Assembly: GCA_002404835.1 (NCBI GenBank)
Contig: DHKM01000035.1
Location: 96,921-160,920 of the forward strand
Direction of reading: 5' to 3'
From: Bacillales bacterium UBA4694
Lineage (GTDB): Bacteria > Bacillota_I > Bacilli_A > RFN20 > CAG-288
Length of the DNA stretch: 64,000 nt
Position numbers and translations under genes: made by a program. The notes beneath the pieces are model-generated. The model worked only from the letters and a program-made list of their open reading frames with translations. It had not been told where the DNA came from and made no database searches. Below are positions 18,179-26,631 of this stretch, piece by piece; positions within the stretch are counted from its first letter, which is position 1; each line of letters begins with the position of its first letter.

Positions 18179-19598
18179 TTGATTCTTTTCGATCCTGTTT
18201 CTGAATGATGTGCTCAACAGGATGCTCCTCTAGTCGTTTTCTGAAAATCTTCGGAGTGACAATCAAATAGAAGATGAGTGCAAAGATTCCGGAGCAGGCA
18301 TCGGCTATTGGTTCAGCTAGGAAAGCGAAACTTGCTTCTTTGGTCAATAAGGGCAGCAAGATGGTCAAAGGAACAAGAATGAAGAGTTTTCTGTTGATGG
18401 ATAACCAGATGGAATAGTTTGCCTGTCCCATTCCGGTGAGGCCATCCACATAGACATATTGGAAAGCTAAAGGAATAATGCCCATCATGTACCAACGTAT
18501 GAATTTTATGCTGGCATTGATGATTTCTTCGGATGCTTGAGTCTTGGTGCCAAGTCCGACGAATATGGTTGAAAACGGTTTGGCTAGAATAAACGACAAT
18601 CCGAAACAAGCAGTACAGAAACACAGAGCAAATAGAGTAAGTTGTTTTTCGGCTTTCTTTATGATATCAATTCTCTTGGCTCCGTAATTGTAACCAAGAA
18701 TGGGTTGGGTACCTGAGGAAATTCCAAGAAGGGGACCTGTAATCAATGATTCGAATGCTTGGACGATGGTTGCTACTTCAATATAGAAATCCCCGTTTCC
18801 GTTTCCGAATTTTTGAAGCATGGCATTTAGAAGGATGATGATAACGCTGTCTGTGCCCATGATGATAAAAGGTGAAAAGCCGAGCTTTAGAATGTTTGCC
18901 ATGATTTTTAAATCGTAATTTCCGAAGGAAAGCTTGATTTTGCACCCCTTTAGAAGAAAGAGGATGGCAAGTAGGAAGGAAAGGAATTGACAAGAAATCG
19001 TAGCAAGTGCAGCTCCTTTTATTCCCATGTTGAATACATACATGAACAAAGGGTCTAATCCGATATTCAATAGACAGGCAAGACAGGTTGTTATCATTGC
19101 CTTGAAGGATTCACCTTGTGCGGTCAGAAACTGGTTCAGACCGAAAGAGATGATGGAGAAGTAGGTTCCTAGAAGATAGATCGTTAGGTAATCTCGAGCA
19201 TAAGGATATGACGTTTCTGATGCACCGAATGCGAACAACATCGGTCTCATAACGCTATAGAAGAGAATCATCAGGAAAGTGGAAAGAAGAATCAGCATCA
19301 ATAAAGCGTTGCTTAGTATTTTCTTTGCTTTCTCTTCGTTCTTTTCCCCTAGAGCGATTGAGAATAGAGGAGAACCTCCAAGTCCAATCAGGAAGGCAAA
19401 AGAGGTGATGAAGCTAGTGATTGGAGCAACAACTCCGATTCCGACAAGAGCCTGTTGACCATTGACGGGCATATTGGATACGTAAATTCTGTCTACGATG
19501 TTATATAGTACTGAAACAACCTGCGCAAACATGGCTGGTAGAGCAAGTCTGAGAATTGTCGGCCATGTTTTTTCACTTCCTAAATCCGTTTTCTTCAT
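18174..19598 (-). CDS. MATE family efflux transporter
   Basis: 12-TM protein with the N-terminus MKKTDLGSEKTWPTILRLALPAMFAQVVSVLYNIVDRIYV typical of MATE. The track start at 19649 is a TTG, so the ATG at 19598 is preferred. Confidence 0.85.
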   Translation of the reverse strand: MKKTDLGSEKTWPTILRLALPAMFAQVVSVLYNIVDRIYVSNMPVNGQQALVGIGVVAPITSFITSFAFLIGLGGSPLFSIALGEKNEEKAKKILSNALLMLILLSTFLMILFYSVMRPMLFAFGASETSYPYARDYLTIYLLGTYFSIISFGLNQFLTAQGESFKAMITTCLACLLNIGLDPLFMYVFNMGIKGAALATISCQFLSFLLAILFLLKGCKIKLSFGNYDLKIMANILKLGFSPFIIMGTDSVIIILLNAMLQKFGNGNGDFYIEVATIVQAFESLITGPLLGISSGTQPILGYNYGAKRIDIIKKAEKQLTLFALCFCTACFGLSFILAKPFSTIFVGLGTKTQASEEIINASIKFIRWYMMGIIPLAFQYVYVDGLTGMGQANYSIWLSINRKLFILVPLTILLPLLTKEASFAFLAEPIADACSGIFALIFYLIVTPKIFRKRLEEHPVEHIIQKQDRKESK

Positions 19599-19689
19599 TT
19601 TTTGATTTTCCGCGGAAAATAATATACGTTTAATTTTCGAATAAAACAAGATAAATCTTATAGAATTGAATATCCAAAAAGGGAAGGAG

Positions 19690-20202
19690 TCAGTCTTCGG
19701 CTCTCTTCCTCAAAATGATTTCGCTGTCTTGGTAGTTGATTTTATAATATCCTTCTTTTAAGTAGGCTTTGGATAGGGATTCTTCGAAAATCGGAATAAT
19801 CTGGTTTCCGTTGTCGTCTTTGTACACTGCCTTTTCCTTCTTTTCCTTGGAGATGTCCTTTAAATTATGGAACGTCAGAATTTCGGATAACTGGTCGCTT
19901 CTTTTCTTTTTGAAAGACAGAGAGAGGTAATTGGGACGTTGGCTTGTCACGCTATCGAAAAGGACATTGATTCCGGATGCATCATGGTATTCGCTCTTCT
20001 GGATTCTCTTTACCACAAGGGAATAGGAAATCCCCTCTTCTAAAATCTTTCCATCCTTTTCCTGGTAACCAGAAAATGTTCCGACCCGGAATATATTTTT
20101 TCTTTCGTTTGTTTTGCAGGAAGAGAGAGAGGAGGAAAATAGAAATAGGAAAAGACAAATACTGGTTTTCTTCTGAAACGAAAAAACTTTTCCAAACTTC
20201 AT
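19690..20202 (-). CDS. Small lipoprotein (170 aa), unknown function
   Basis: Signal plus lipobox (FSSSLSSC), with GAGGA upstream of the ATG. No terminator separates it from the upstream operon. Confidence 0.7.
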   Translation of the reverse strand: MKFGKVFSFQKKTSICLFLFLFSSSLSSCKTNERKNIFRVGTFSGYQEKDGKILEEGISYSLVVKRIQKSEYHDASGINVLFDSVTSQRPNYLSLSFKKKRSDQLSEILTFHNLKDISKEKKEKAVYKDDNGNQIIPIFEESLSKAYLKEGYYKINYQDSEIILRKRAED

Positions 20203-20262
20203 TTTTCAATCCTCATTCTTTCTAGACATATTCTATCAAAAACTGTATCGAAAACAAATGAA

Positions 20263-20973
20263 CTATTTTATACTCTCCTTTTGATGGAGTTCTTTCATGC
20301 CATCAACTGTGTCGCAGATTTCCTTGAAAGAGCAGGTGCTGCAATCCATTTTAAGATTTTTCATGATATGGTCTAAGGCAACGGTGATTCCTTCGCTTTT
20401 CTTTGACAACGATTCCAACGTTTTATAATCAAAGGCCGGATCCGTAATGAAAATTTGCTTTACGGATTTGACTTCATTTTGACTTTTGTAATGGTCTAAG
20501 AAAAGTTTGCCGATGTCTTTGAAAGAAATTCCTCTTTGCAGAGCATCATAGGAAATACGTATGCTCTCCTTAAGAAGACCGGTGTGGAATTTCAACATGA
20601 CTCCATCGGGATTGATTTTGTATCTTGTATATTCTACATTCCTTATGGTTCGGTAAAGTTCCTGTTCTTTTTTTTCACATTCTTTTAGAAAAACAAATGA
20701 AATATGGGCATAAGATAAGTGGCTTTTTAGGTCCTTGATATCATTTCCTATAAGTAAGATTTCATCTTCCAAAGAATGGTCGATTCCTTGTTCGTAGCAC
20801 ATCAGATAAGGTGAAGGGACTAGGGAAGAGCCGAGTGTTAAAGCAGTATCGGAAGCAAAAAGAAAGGTTTTTTCGTTTCCTTCCGGATAAGTTGAATTTA
20901 TATCCAGTCGTGTACTATTGAATTTTCCAACTAGAAGATCGGCTTCCTTGATAATTGATTCGTATAATTTCAT
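20263..20973 (-). CDS. 236-aa Cys-motif protein resembling the central domain of acetyl-CoA synthase (AcsB/CdhC-like fragment); last gene of the operon
   Basis: ATGA overlap with the preceding micro-ORF. Segments ILLIGNDIKDL, IRISYDALQRGISFKDIGKLFLDHYKSQNEVKSVKQIFITD and the C-terminal MDCSTCSFKEICD (C-x2-C-x5-C) match my recollection of the AcsB region just before and at the first A-cluster cysteines. The family call is unverified. Confidence 0.55.
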   Translation of the reverse strand: MKLYESIIKEADLLVGKFNSTRLDINSTYPEGNEKTFLFASDTALTLGSSLVPSPYLMCYEQGIDHSLEDEILLIGNDIKDLKSHLSYAHISFVFLKECEKKEQELYRTIRNVEYTRYKINPDGVMLKFHTGLLKESIRISYDALQRGISFKDIGKLFLDHYKSQNEVKSVKQIFITDPAFDYKTLESLSKKSEGITVALDHIMKNLKMDCSTCSFKEICDTVDGMKELHQKESIK

Positions 20974-21149
20974 TCAAGATGACGGTTTCTCTTTCTTTTA
21001 TCGTATTTTTTATTTATCCATTTTTGAATAACGGCTAATAATTTGCTATCAAGATTGAAAAAATATACGATGAAAAGAAGAATCAGCATAAGAAGAATGA
21101 ATCCGAAAAGTGAGCCTAATACAATGAGTAGAATCTGCCACCATGACAT
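20970..21149 (-). CDS. 59-aa single-pass membrane peptide (not in the ORF track)
   Basis: Hand translation gives MSWWQILLIVLGSLFGFILLMLILLFIVYFFNLDSKLLAVIQKWINKKYDKRKRNRHLE. GAGGTG lies 7 nt upstream. It starts 1 nt after the activase stop, and its TGA overlaps the next ATG. Confidence 0.55.
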   Translation of the reverse strand: MSWWQILLIVLGSLFGFILLMLILLFIVYFFNLDSKLLAVIQKWINKKYDKRKRNRHLE

Positions 21150-21150
21150 A

Positions 21151-21954
21151 TCAGTTCACCTCGTTTAATCCTTTCTGACGAGCATATTCTGCAGCACCCA
21201 AGGCCCCCATGAGCTGAGGATCAATAGGAAGATCTTTCACCTTAAGATGCAAAACACGTTCGATTGCCTGCTTCAGTCCGAGGTTTTTCGCACAGCCACC
21301 GGTTAATGCGATGGAATCTGTGGCTCCAGCTTTTTTAGCCATGACGAAACATCTTTTGGCAACAGAGGTCATGATTCCTGCTGCGATTTCTTCCATCGGC
21401 TTTCCTTCGCCAACCAATGAAATGACTTCCGATTCACAGAAAACCGTACATTGAGAAGTGATGGGGATGACGTTCTTTGCTTTAAGGGATAAGGAACAGA
21501 ATTCATCCAAATCCATTTCAAAACTTCTTGCCATGGCCTCAAAGAATCTTCCTGTTCCGGCAGAACATTTATCGTTCATGGCAAAGTTCATGACAGTGCC
21601 ATCTTTTGGGTCAATGGCTATTCCCTTTATATCTTGGCCCCCGATATCGATAATGGAAGTGATGCTAGGGTCAGTGATATGGACACCCATGCAATGGCAG
21701 GAGATTTCCGATATGTTTTCATCAGCAAAAGGCACTTTATTTCTTCCATATCCTGTTCCAATCAGATAATCGAGATCTTCGATTTTGTTCAGTCCATCGA
21801 CTTGGGAAATGGTTTCTTCTAAAGCGATTCTTGCACTTTCGACTGGATTGATTTTCGATTTCAAAGTTGTATGGGCGACCATTTTTCCTTTTTCATCAAG
21901 AATGACGCATTTTGTATAGGTAGAGCCAGCGTCGCAACCGCCAAAGTATTTCAT
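21151..21954 (-). CDS. ATP-dependent activase of 2-hydroxyacyl-CoA dehydratase / BcrAD-BadFG family (ASKHA ATPase)
   Basis: MKYFGGCDAGSTYTKCVILDEKG... and IDIGGQDIKGI, CAGTGRF, LTGGCAKN motifs. The track start at 21975 is a TTG, so I use the ATG at 21954 with an AGAAAGGA SD. Confidence 0.9.
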   Translation of the reverse strand: MKYFGGCDAGSTYTKCVILDEKGKMVAHTTLKSKINPVESARIALEETISQVDGLNKIEDLDYLIGTGYGRNKVPFADENISEISCHCMGVHITDPSITSIIDIGGQDIKGIAIDPKDGTVMNFAMNDKCSAGTGRFFEAMARSFEMDLDEFCSLSLKAKNVIPITSQCTVFCESEVISLVGEGKPMEEIAAGIMTSVAKRCFVMAKKAGATDSIALTGGCAKNLGLKQAIERVLHLKVKDLPIDPQLMGALGAAEYARQKGLNEVN

Positions 21955-21968
21955 GTTATTTTTCCTTT

Positions 21969-23525
21969 CTACCAACGTTCGGTATCGTCAAAATCGACAA
22001 GGCTGTCATCCAAAGGCGTTTCTCTCATGACGGTCTTCATATATCGGTTGACATCTTCACGCATGTCTTTTCTTGAGGCTTTTGTCGGATTCATCAAGGC
22101 ATGGTAAACCCAAACGATATGGATACCTCTTTTTCTTCCTTCTTCTTCCAATAATCCATGATAACCGGCCATGGATTTACATCCGATATGTTCGTACATA
22201 ATGACCATGTCTGCGTTATATTCTTCGCAGTACTGCCAGAGCTGTTCGACACCGACTTCATAGCCGCCATTGGAATGATTTCTCATGATCATATTCATGT
22301 TGTATTCACCAAGATCCAATAAAGCTTGCTCATGGTCCTCGTAATGAATTGGTTTGGTCAAGGTAAAAGAAAGCATATCACAAAGGCAGACGATACCCCA
22401 GCAATTGCTTAACCACTGATTGAAAGCAGTGTAATATTGGGCATGAACGCCCCAAACCAAAGCCCTATGACGGATTTCCTTACAAGGAAGGACATGATTC
22501 TTATATCCTTCTTTTGCAAGTTGAGTAATCTTTTGATCGTATTTTAGGAATGAAGCATCTCTTCCTGAAATGACCATATATTCTGCATCACGGTAGAGCA
22601 TGACGTTGTTGTTGACGACTTGCGGATAGTTTGTTTTGTTCATTTCCATCCATTCTTCGAACAAGGCATTCTGAGCATTGTAGGTCTTCATGTTTTTGCT
22701 AAAGGCATCCCAGTCCCATTTTTCACCGGTATGTTTTTCGATGAAATGTATTGCTTCAACAATTTGATCTCTTGAATAAGCCAAAACGGATTTCTGCTGA
22801 TGCCTCATCGGAGCAGCCATCGTAAAGGATGGCAAATCGTCGTGTCTATCTTCGATCTGGTTTCCCATAAGCGAACCGTCGCAGGTCGTATTGCAATGAA
22901 TGGCACAGACTCCGCAGATCGGATAGTCTTCGTCGATGGCACAGCCGAGTTCTGCACAGGGCATAGGACAGACATCCCCTGGAATCTGGAATTCTTCCGC
23001 TACTTCGATGTAATGCATGACTCCAGTCTGACTGATAGTAGAACCGGTATAAATAGCCGGGACTTCCTTGGATAGGAACTTCAAATTTGGGAATCCGGTA
23101 GCAATGACCATCATTCCGTTTTCGTCCATAATGACGAGTTTCTTGTTCAATTCATCGTATTTTCCGTTTTTGTTTCCGATTCTCTTGTCACATTTGAACA
23201 AAGTATCCATGGTCTGGGTAAGATGCTCAACGATGGAATCGTATTCGATATGTCCGATTCTCAGCTGCGGACCTCGTACTCCCTCCATGTGTCTATCGAT
23301 ATAATCGAAAGCTGCAAGGTAGTTTCCAAACCATCGATAAGTGAACATGGCTTTTAACGTAGTCGGTTTCATAATGAACTTTCCCATGACAAGAAGGTTA
23401 TGCAACCATCTCGAGAAATCATACATGGTGTCTTTGAATCCGCGCCATTCACGATGTTTATATGTTTTCTTGCCAGGATTTTGTAGCTTTCCGAGCTTTT
23501 GTTTCTGTGTCCTAGTGTCTTTCAT
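21969..23525 (-). CDS. 2-hydroxyacyl-CoA dehydratase / benzoyl-CoA reductase BcrBC family (HGD-D) protein, large subunit
   Basis: 518 aa from the ATG at 23525, 2 nt after the upstream stop, with an AAGGAGA SD. It carries a Cys-dense loop GDVCPMPCAELGCAIDEDYPICGVCAIHCNTTCDGS. The C-terminal ADMVIMYEHIGCKSMAGY is typical of the family. Confidence 0.75.
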   Translation of the reverse strand: MKDTRTQKQKLGKLQNPGKKTYKHREWRGFKDTMYDFSRWLHNLLVMGKFIMKPTTLKAMFTYRWFGNYLAAFDYIDRHMEGVRGPQLRIGHIEYDSIVEHLTQTMDTLFKCDKRIGNKNGKYDELNKKLVIMDENGMMVIATGFPNLKFLSKEVPAIYTGSTISQTGVMHYIEVAEEFQIPGDVCPMPCAELGCAIDEDYPICGVCAIHCNTTCDGSLMGNQIEDRHDDLPSFTMAAPMRHQQKSVLAYSRDQIVEAIHFIEKHTGEKWDWDAFSKNMKTYNAQNALFEEWMEMNKTNYPQVVNNNVMLYRDAEYMVISGRDASFLKYDQKITQLAKEGYKNHVLPCKEIRHRALVWGVHAQYYTAFNQWLSNCWGIVCLCDMLSFTLTKPIHYEDHEQALLDLGEYNMNMIMRNHSNGGYEVGVEQLWQYCEEYNADMVIMYEHIGCKSMAGYHGLLEEEGRKRGIHIVWVYHALMNPTKASRKDMREDVNRYMKTVMRETPLDDSLVDFDDTERW

Positions 23526-23527
23526 AG

Positions 23528-24721
23528 TCAAGCATTCTCCTTACCCTGGATTTTCTTGATTTCCAGAGCTTCGATGAAGGCCTGGATTCTTGTTCTCAGC
23601 TGGCCGGATTGGCCTACATTGTAGGGTCTATCGATACTAAGTGTTTTGTAGTGATATTGGTTTTGCATGACAGCATTCATGAACGCTCTTCCATATCCCC
23701 AATAGTCACAGAATTTGATCTGTTCGATGATTATTCCGTCGACTTTGTATTCTTTGGCAATTTTATCGATATAGGCATGTCTTTCGTTGACTTTTTCTGT
23801 TGTTAAGAATCGTGGACATTGTCCAGATTCCATATAGTATCTACAGACTTGGGTCAAGGCATCTTCTTCAGCGTTCAGCTTTATTTCTTGTCTTCCTGGT
23901 AAGGAACCGAAACAATATCTGTCTGCAACGATGATCAAACCGCATTCTTCAGCCAATTTCAGAAGCTGTGGATCATCGATTTCGGATCCGACTAGGGCTA
24001 CTCTGGCACGATAGGTCCCTTTTTTGTCCGGAATTCTAGTCTTAAGTTCTTCGCATGTTTCTTCGAGTTTCTGAATCAGCTTGTCTTTTGGACAACAGTA
24101 TGTGCTAAGACAAAGGACAGCAAACTCGTATCCTGTGATTCGGGGTTGTTCATCTTTTCTGTATTCCCCGATTTCTGTAATCAGTCTGGAAATGATATTC
24201 TGTTCCTCTACTGCCTTTCTGATGGCATTATCGGAAATGTCGATATGAAAGTGTTCGTTGAGAGGCTTAAGAACATGTTCCTTCATCTGGAGAACATAAT
24301 GCTTCAATGTCGTTTCATCGGATTTCATCGGTACATCGACGTATGAAGCAAAGAAACCTTCATTAGGACAGCAGTCTAGGTGTTCAATGTTTTCAACGCA
24401 TCGGTTCATCATGGCACAAGCTTCTGGAGCGATAATGGCATTTAGAAAGTTGAATCCCCCTTCCAATGCTCTTTCCAGGATGGCTCGACAAGCTTCGCAG
24501 AAAATCGGAGACAAATAATAGTTTCCCATTTCGGTCGTTCCCGTTCTGGGTGCTCTAAGGCGAACAGAAAAAATGCCCGGAAGATTCAAAAGCGGTTCCG
24601 GAATCTGATAACAGACGTGTCCGATTGCTTTTCTTCCTTCCGCCTGAGCTTCCGAAATGAGGTCGTTATAGGAGTTTTCGAGAAGCTTTTCGAAATAGTA
24701 CAAGTGTTTTAAATCTCTCAT
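23528..24721 (-). CDS. 2-hydroxyacyl-CoA dehydratase / BcrBC family (HGD-D) protein, small subunit
   Basis: 397 aa. Family-typical LVGSEIDDPQLLKLAEECGLIIVADRYCFGS and VDGIIIEQIKFCDYWGY (KFCD motif). A TAGGAGA SD overlaps the stop of the upstream gene. Confidence 0.8.
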   Translation of the reverse strand: MRDLKHLYYFEKLLENSYNDLISEAQAEGRKAIGHVCYQIPEPLLNLPGIFSVRLRAPRTGTTEMGNYYLSPIFCEACRAILERALEGGFNFLNAIIAPEACAMMNRCVENIEHLDCCPNEGFFASYVDVPMKSDETTLKHYVLQMKEHVLKPLNEHFHIDISDNAIRKAVEEQNIISRLITEIGEYRKDEQPRITGYEFAVLCLSTYCCPKDKLIQKLEETCEELKTRIPDKKGTYRARVALVGSEIDDPQLLKLAEECGLIIVADRYCFGSLPGRQEIKLNAEEDALTQVCRYYMESGQCPRFLTTEKVNERHAYIDKIAKEYKVDGIIIEQIKFCDYWGYGRAFMNAVMQNQYHYKTLSIDRPYNVGQSGQLRTRIQAFIEALEIKKIQGKENA

Positions 24722-24730
24722 ATTTATCTC

Positions 24731-25498
24731 CTAGAGAACATGAATCTTTTCCAAGGCTTCTTTTGCTCCTTTGACAATGTAGCTGTCATCATCGAGGAAA
24801 AACACATTTTCGCCATCCATATCGTAACGAGCAAGTTTGTCATCCATAGGAATTCTACTGAGGAGAGGCAAAGGTGATAGATCGAAATCTTCCTTCATTG
24901 CCAAAGGTGAGAGACGATTTGCAATCACTCCGATTTCTTTGTACATGACAAGGGAGTCGGCTACTGATTTGATGGTCTTGACTACCTGAATGCCTTTTTT
25001 GCTTTGATCTGTGACAAGAATCAAATGGGTTACCTTTTCCATGACTCGGCGATTGATTTGTTCGATACCAGCTTCACCATCGATTACCACATAATCATAA
25101 TGAGAGGAAATCTGAGCAATGACTTCTTTTAAATAGGTATTGATTTTGCAGTAGCATCCGCTAGCTTCCGGCCTTCCTATTGCCATGAAGGAAAAACCGT
25201 TTTTCTCGACTAGGGCTTCTTCAATCGAATAGCTTGCGTTGCCAAGAACTTCCACAACGGCATTTTTACCGCCATCTTCGCTGGCTTTTATAGCCTCTTT
25301 TCTTACGTCATCAATGGTCTTGCTTGGTTCGATTCCTAAAGCTGTGGACAGACCGATGGCAGGATCAGCGTCGATGGCAAGGATCCTCTTTTCTTTTTTG
25401 TTTTCGACCAAAAGTTTTACGATTACGGCTGCAAGAGATGTTTTACCAACTCCTCCTTTTCCTGCGACTGCGATGATGCACGGTTGATTGTTTTCCAT
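24731..25498 (-). CDS. CooC/AcsF-type (MinD/ParA superfamily) metallocluster-maturation ATPase, first gene of the operon
   Basis: Deviant Walker A AVAGKGGVGKTSLAA plus a Cys pair in EASGCYCKINTYL (the CxC motif of CooC-type proteins). The track start at 25552 is a TTG, so I use the ATG at 25498 (MENNQPCIIAVAGKGG). Confidence 0.75.
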   Translation of the reverse strand: MENNQPCIIAVAGKGGVGKTSLAAVIVKLLVENKKEKRILAIDADPAIGLSTALGIEPSKTIDDVRKEAIKASEDGGKNAVVEVLGNASYSIEEALVEKNGFSFMAIGRPEASGCYCKINTYLKEVIAQISSHYDYVVIDGEAGIEQINRRVMEKVTHLILVTDQSKKGIQVVKTIKSVADSLVMYKEIGVIANRLSPLAMKEDFDLSPLPLLSRIPMDDKLARYDMDGENVFFLDDDSYIVKGAKEALEKIHVL

Positions 25499-25599
25499 AT
25501 TTTGCCTTTCTGTATAAAAACACGTAAATATTTTAATGGATTGGCCTCTCAAAAGAAAGCGCTTCCTAATGAAACGGGAAATGTTATATACGACTAATC

Positions 25600-25631
25600 A
25601 AAGAAAAACAGTCGGTATTAGCCGACTGTTT
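25600..25631 (-). terminator. Rho-independent terminator after the 229-aa lipoprotein gene
   Basis: ACAGTCGG (25608-25615) / CCGACTGT (25622-25629). On the minus strand it is followed by TTTTTCTTTG. Confidence 0.6.
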
Positions 25632-25638
25632 AATTATT

Positions 25639-26328
25639 TCAGGATTTGGTCAACGTGAAGAGAGTATCAGTCTTTAAATTTTCAAGAACCATCTTGGTTT
25701 CGACAAGGCTCTTCGAGACAATGCGGCCGATAGATGTCCAAGTGTCCTCTTGTTTTGTCAGAGGAAAAATTAGTTCTTTTCCGTTTTTCATACCGATTTC
25801 CAAGGGGAGAAGGGAATTCTTTTCATCTTCGATGAGGAAAGCATCTGTGTTTGATAATTTCAAAGAAACAGAATCCGTAGAAAGAAAAGAGAGATCCTTT
25901 TTTTGAAGCAAAGAGTTTATTTGTCTTGTTGTATTGTTTTCATAGAATTCGAAATCAAATTTTATCGATGAAGAATCATTTTCCAGAATCGCATGTTTTT
26001 TTGAATTATCGCGTTTACCAATCCAGTTTGCTGTCAGAGTCATGTTGGTAGAAACGACTCCAGTTTTGAAATCCCATGGGCTATCGTCAAAATACCATCC
26101 AAGGAATTCATATCCAGAGCGCACTGGATTTTTTATTTCCGATATCTTATCTCCACGATTTAGGTTCTCGTAACTATCTTCCTCTCCATTTTCATAGGAG
26201 AAGGTGACTTTTATGATATCCGTATGAGCATCTTCGGTATAGCTTTTTTGATTGATGAAATACGTTCTGCTTGCGCAGGAGCATAGCAACAAAAATGGTA
26301 AGACATAAAGGAATTTTCTGGATTTCAT
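25639..26328 (-). CDS. Lipoprotein with a Listeria-Bacteroides repeat (Flg_new) domain
   Basis: Lipobox FLLLCSC. The motif NPVRSGYEFLGWYFDDSPWDFKTGVVSTNMTLTANW is the GYxFxGWY...TLxAxW repeat. Confidence 0.7.
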   Translation of the reverse strand: MKSRKFLYVLPFLLLCSCASRTYFINQKSYTEDAHTDIIKVTFSYENGEEDSYENLNRGDKISEIKNPVRSGYEFLGWYFDDSPWDFKTGVVSTNMTLTANWIGKRDNSKKHAILENDSSSIKFDFEFYENNTTRQINSLLQKKDLSFLSTDSVSLKLSNTDAFLIEDEKNSLLPLEIGMKNGKELIFPLTKQEDTWTSIGRIVSKSLVETKMVLENLKTDTLFTLTKS

Positions 26329-26602
26329 GGCTTTAATTCTGTTTTATGTAATTTATACATGTATTAAATAGCAAAAAAAGAATATCTCAATATTGAAAGA
26401 AATTCAAGAAATATTATTTCCTTTTCGCAATTGCTTTTCATTTGTCAAAAAAGCTTTTTTTCGTGATTAACACCATTTTCTAGTTTGATGATTTGGTATG
26501 AAAACTGGTTTTATCTTTTCAAAAAAAGTTGTTTTTTTAAATATTAGATTTTTTGTTTTTTCTTTATTTGAAAGCTATGATACTGATTATTATGGTTTTA
26601 AA

Positions 26603-26631
26603 TTGAGCAAAAAGTATTTTTGTGCTATACT
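26603..26631 (+). promoter_or_regulatory. Candidate sigma-70 promoter of the second MATE gene
   Basis: TTGAGC (26603-26608), a 17-nt spacer, then TATACT (26626-26631), 30 nt upstream of the ATG at 26661. Confidence 0.4.

Noticed and set aside
20263-25498. Ordinary amino-acid-fermentation 2-hydroxyacyl-CoA dehydratase locus (hgd/had/fld type)
   Set aside because: There is no CoA-transferase, 2-hydroxyacid dehydrogenase, acyl-CoA dehydrogenase or ETF gene in or near the operon. Instead it carries CooC-like and ACS-like genes. It is kept as the alternative hypothesis in the finding.
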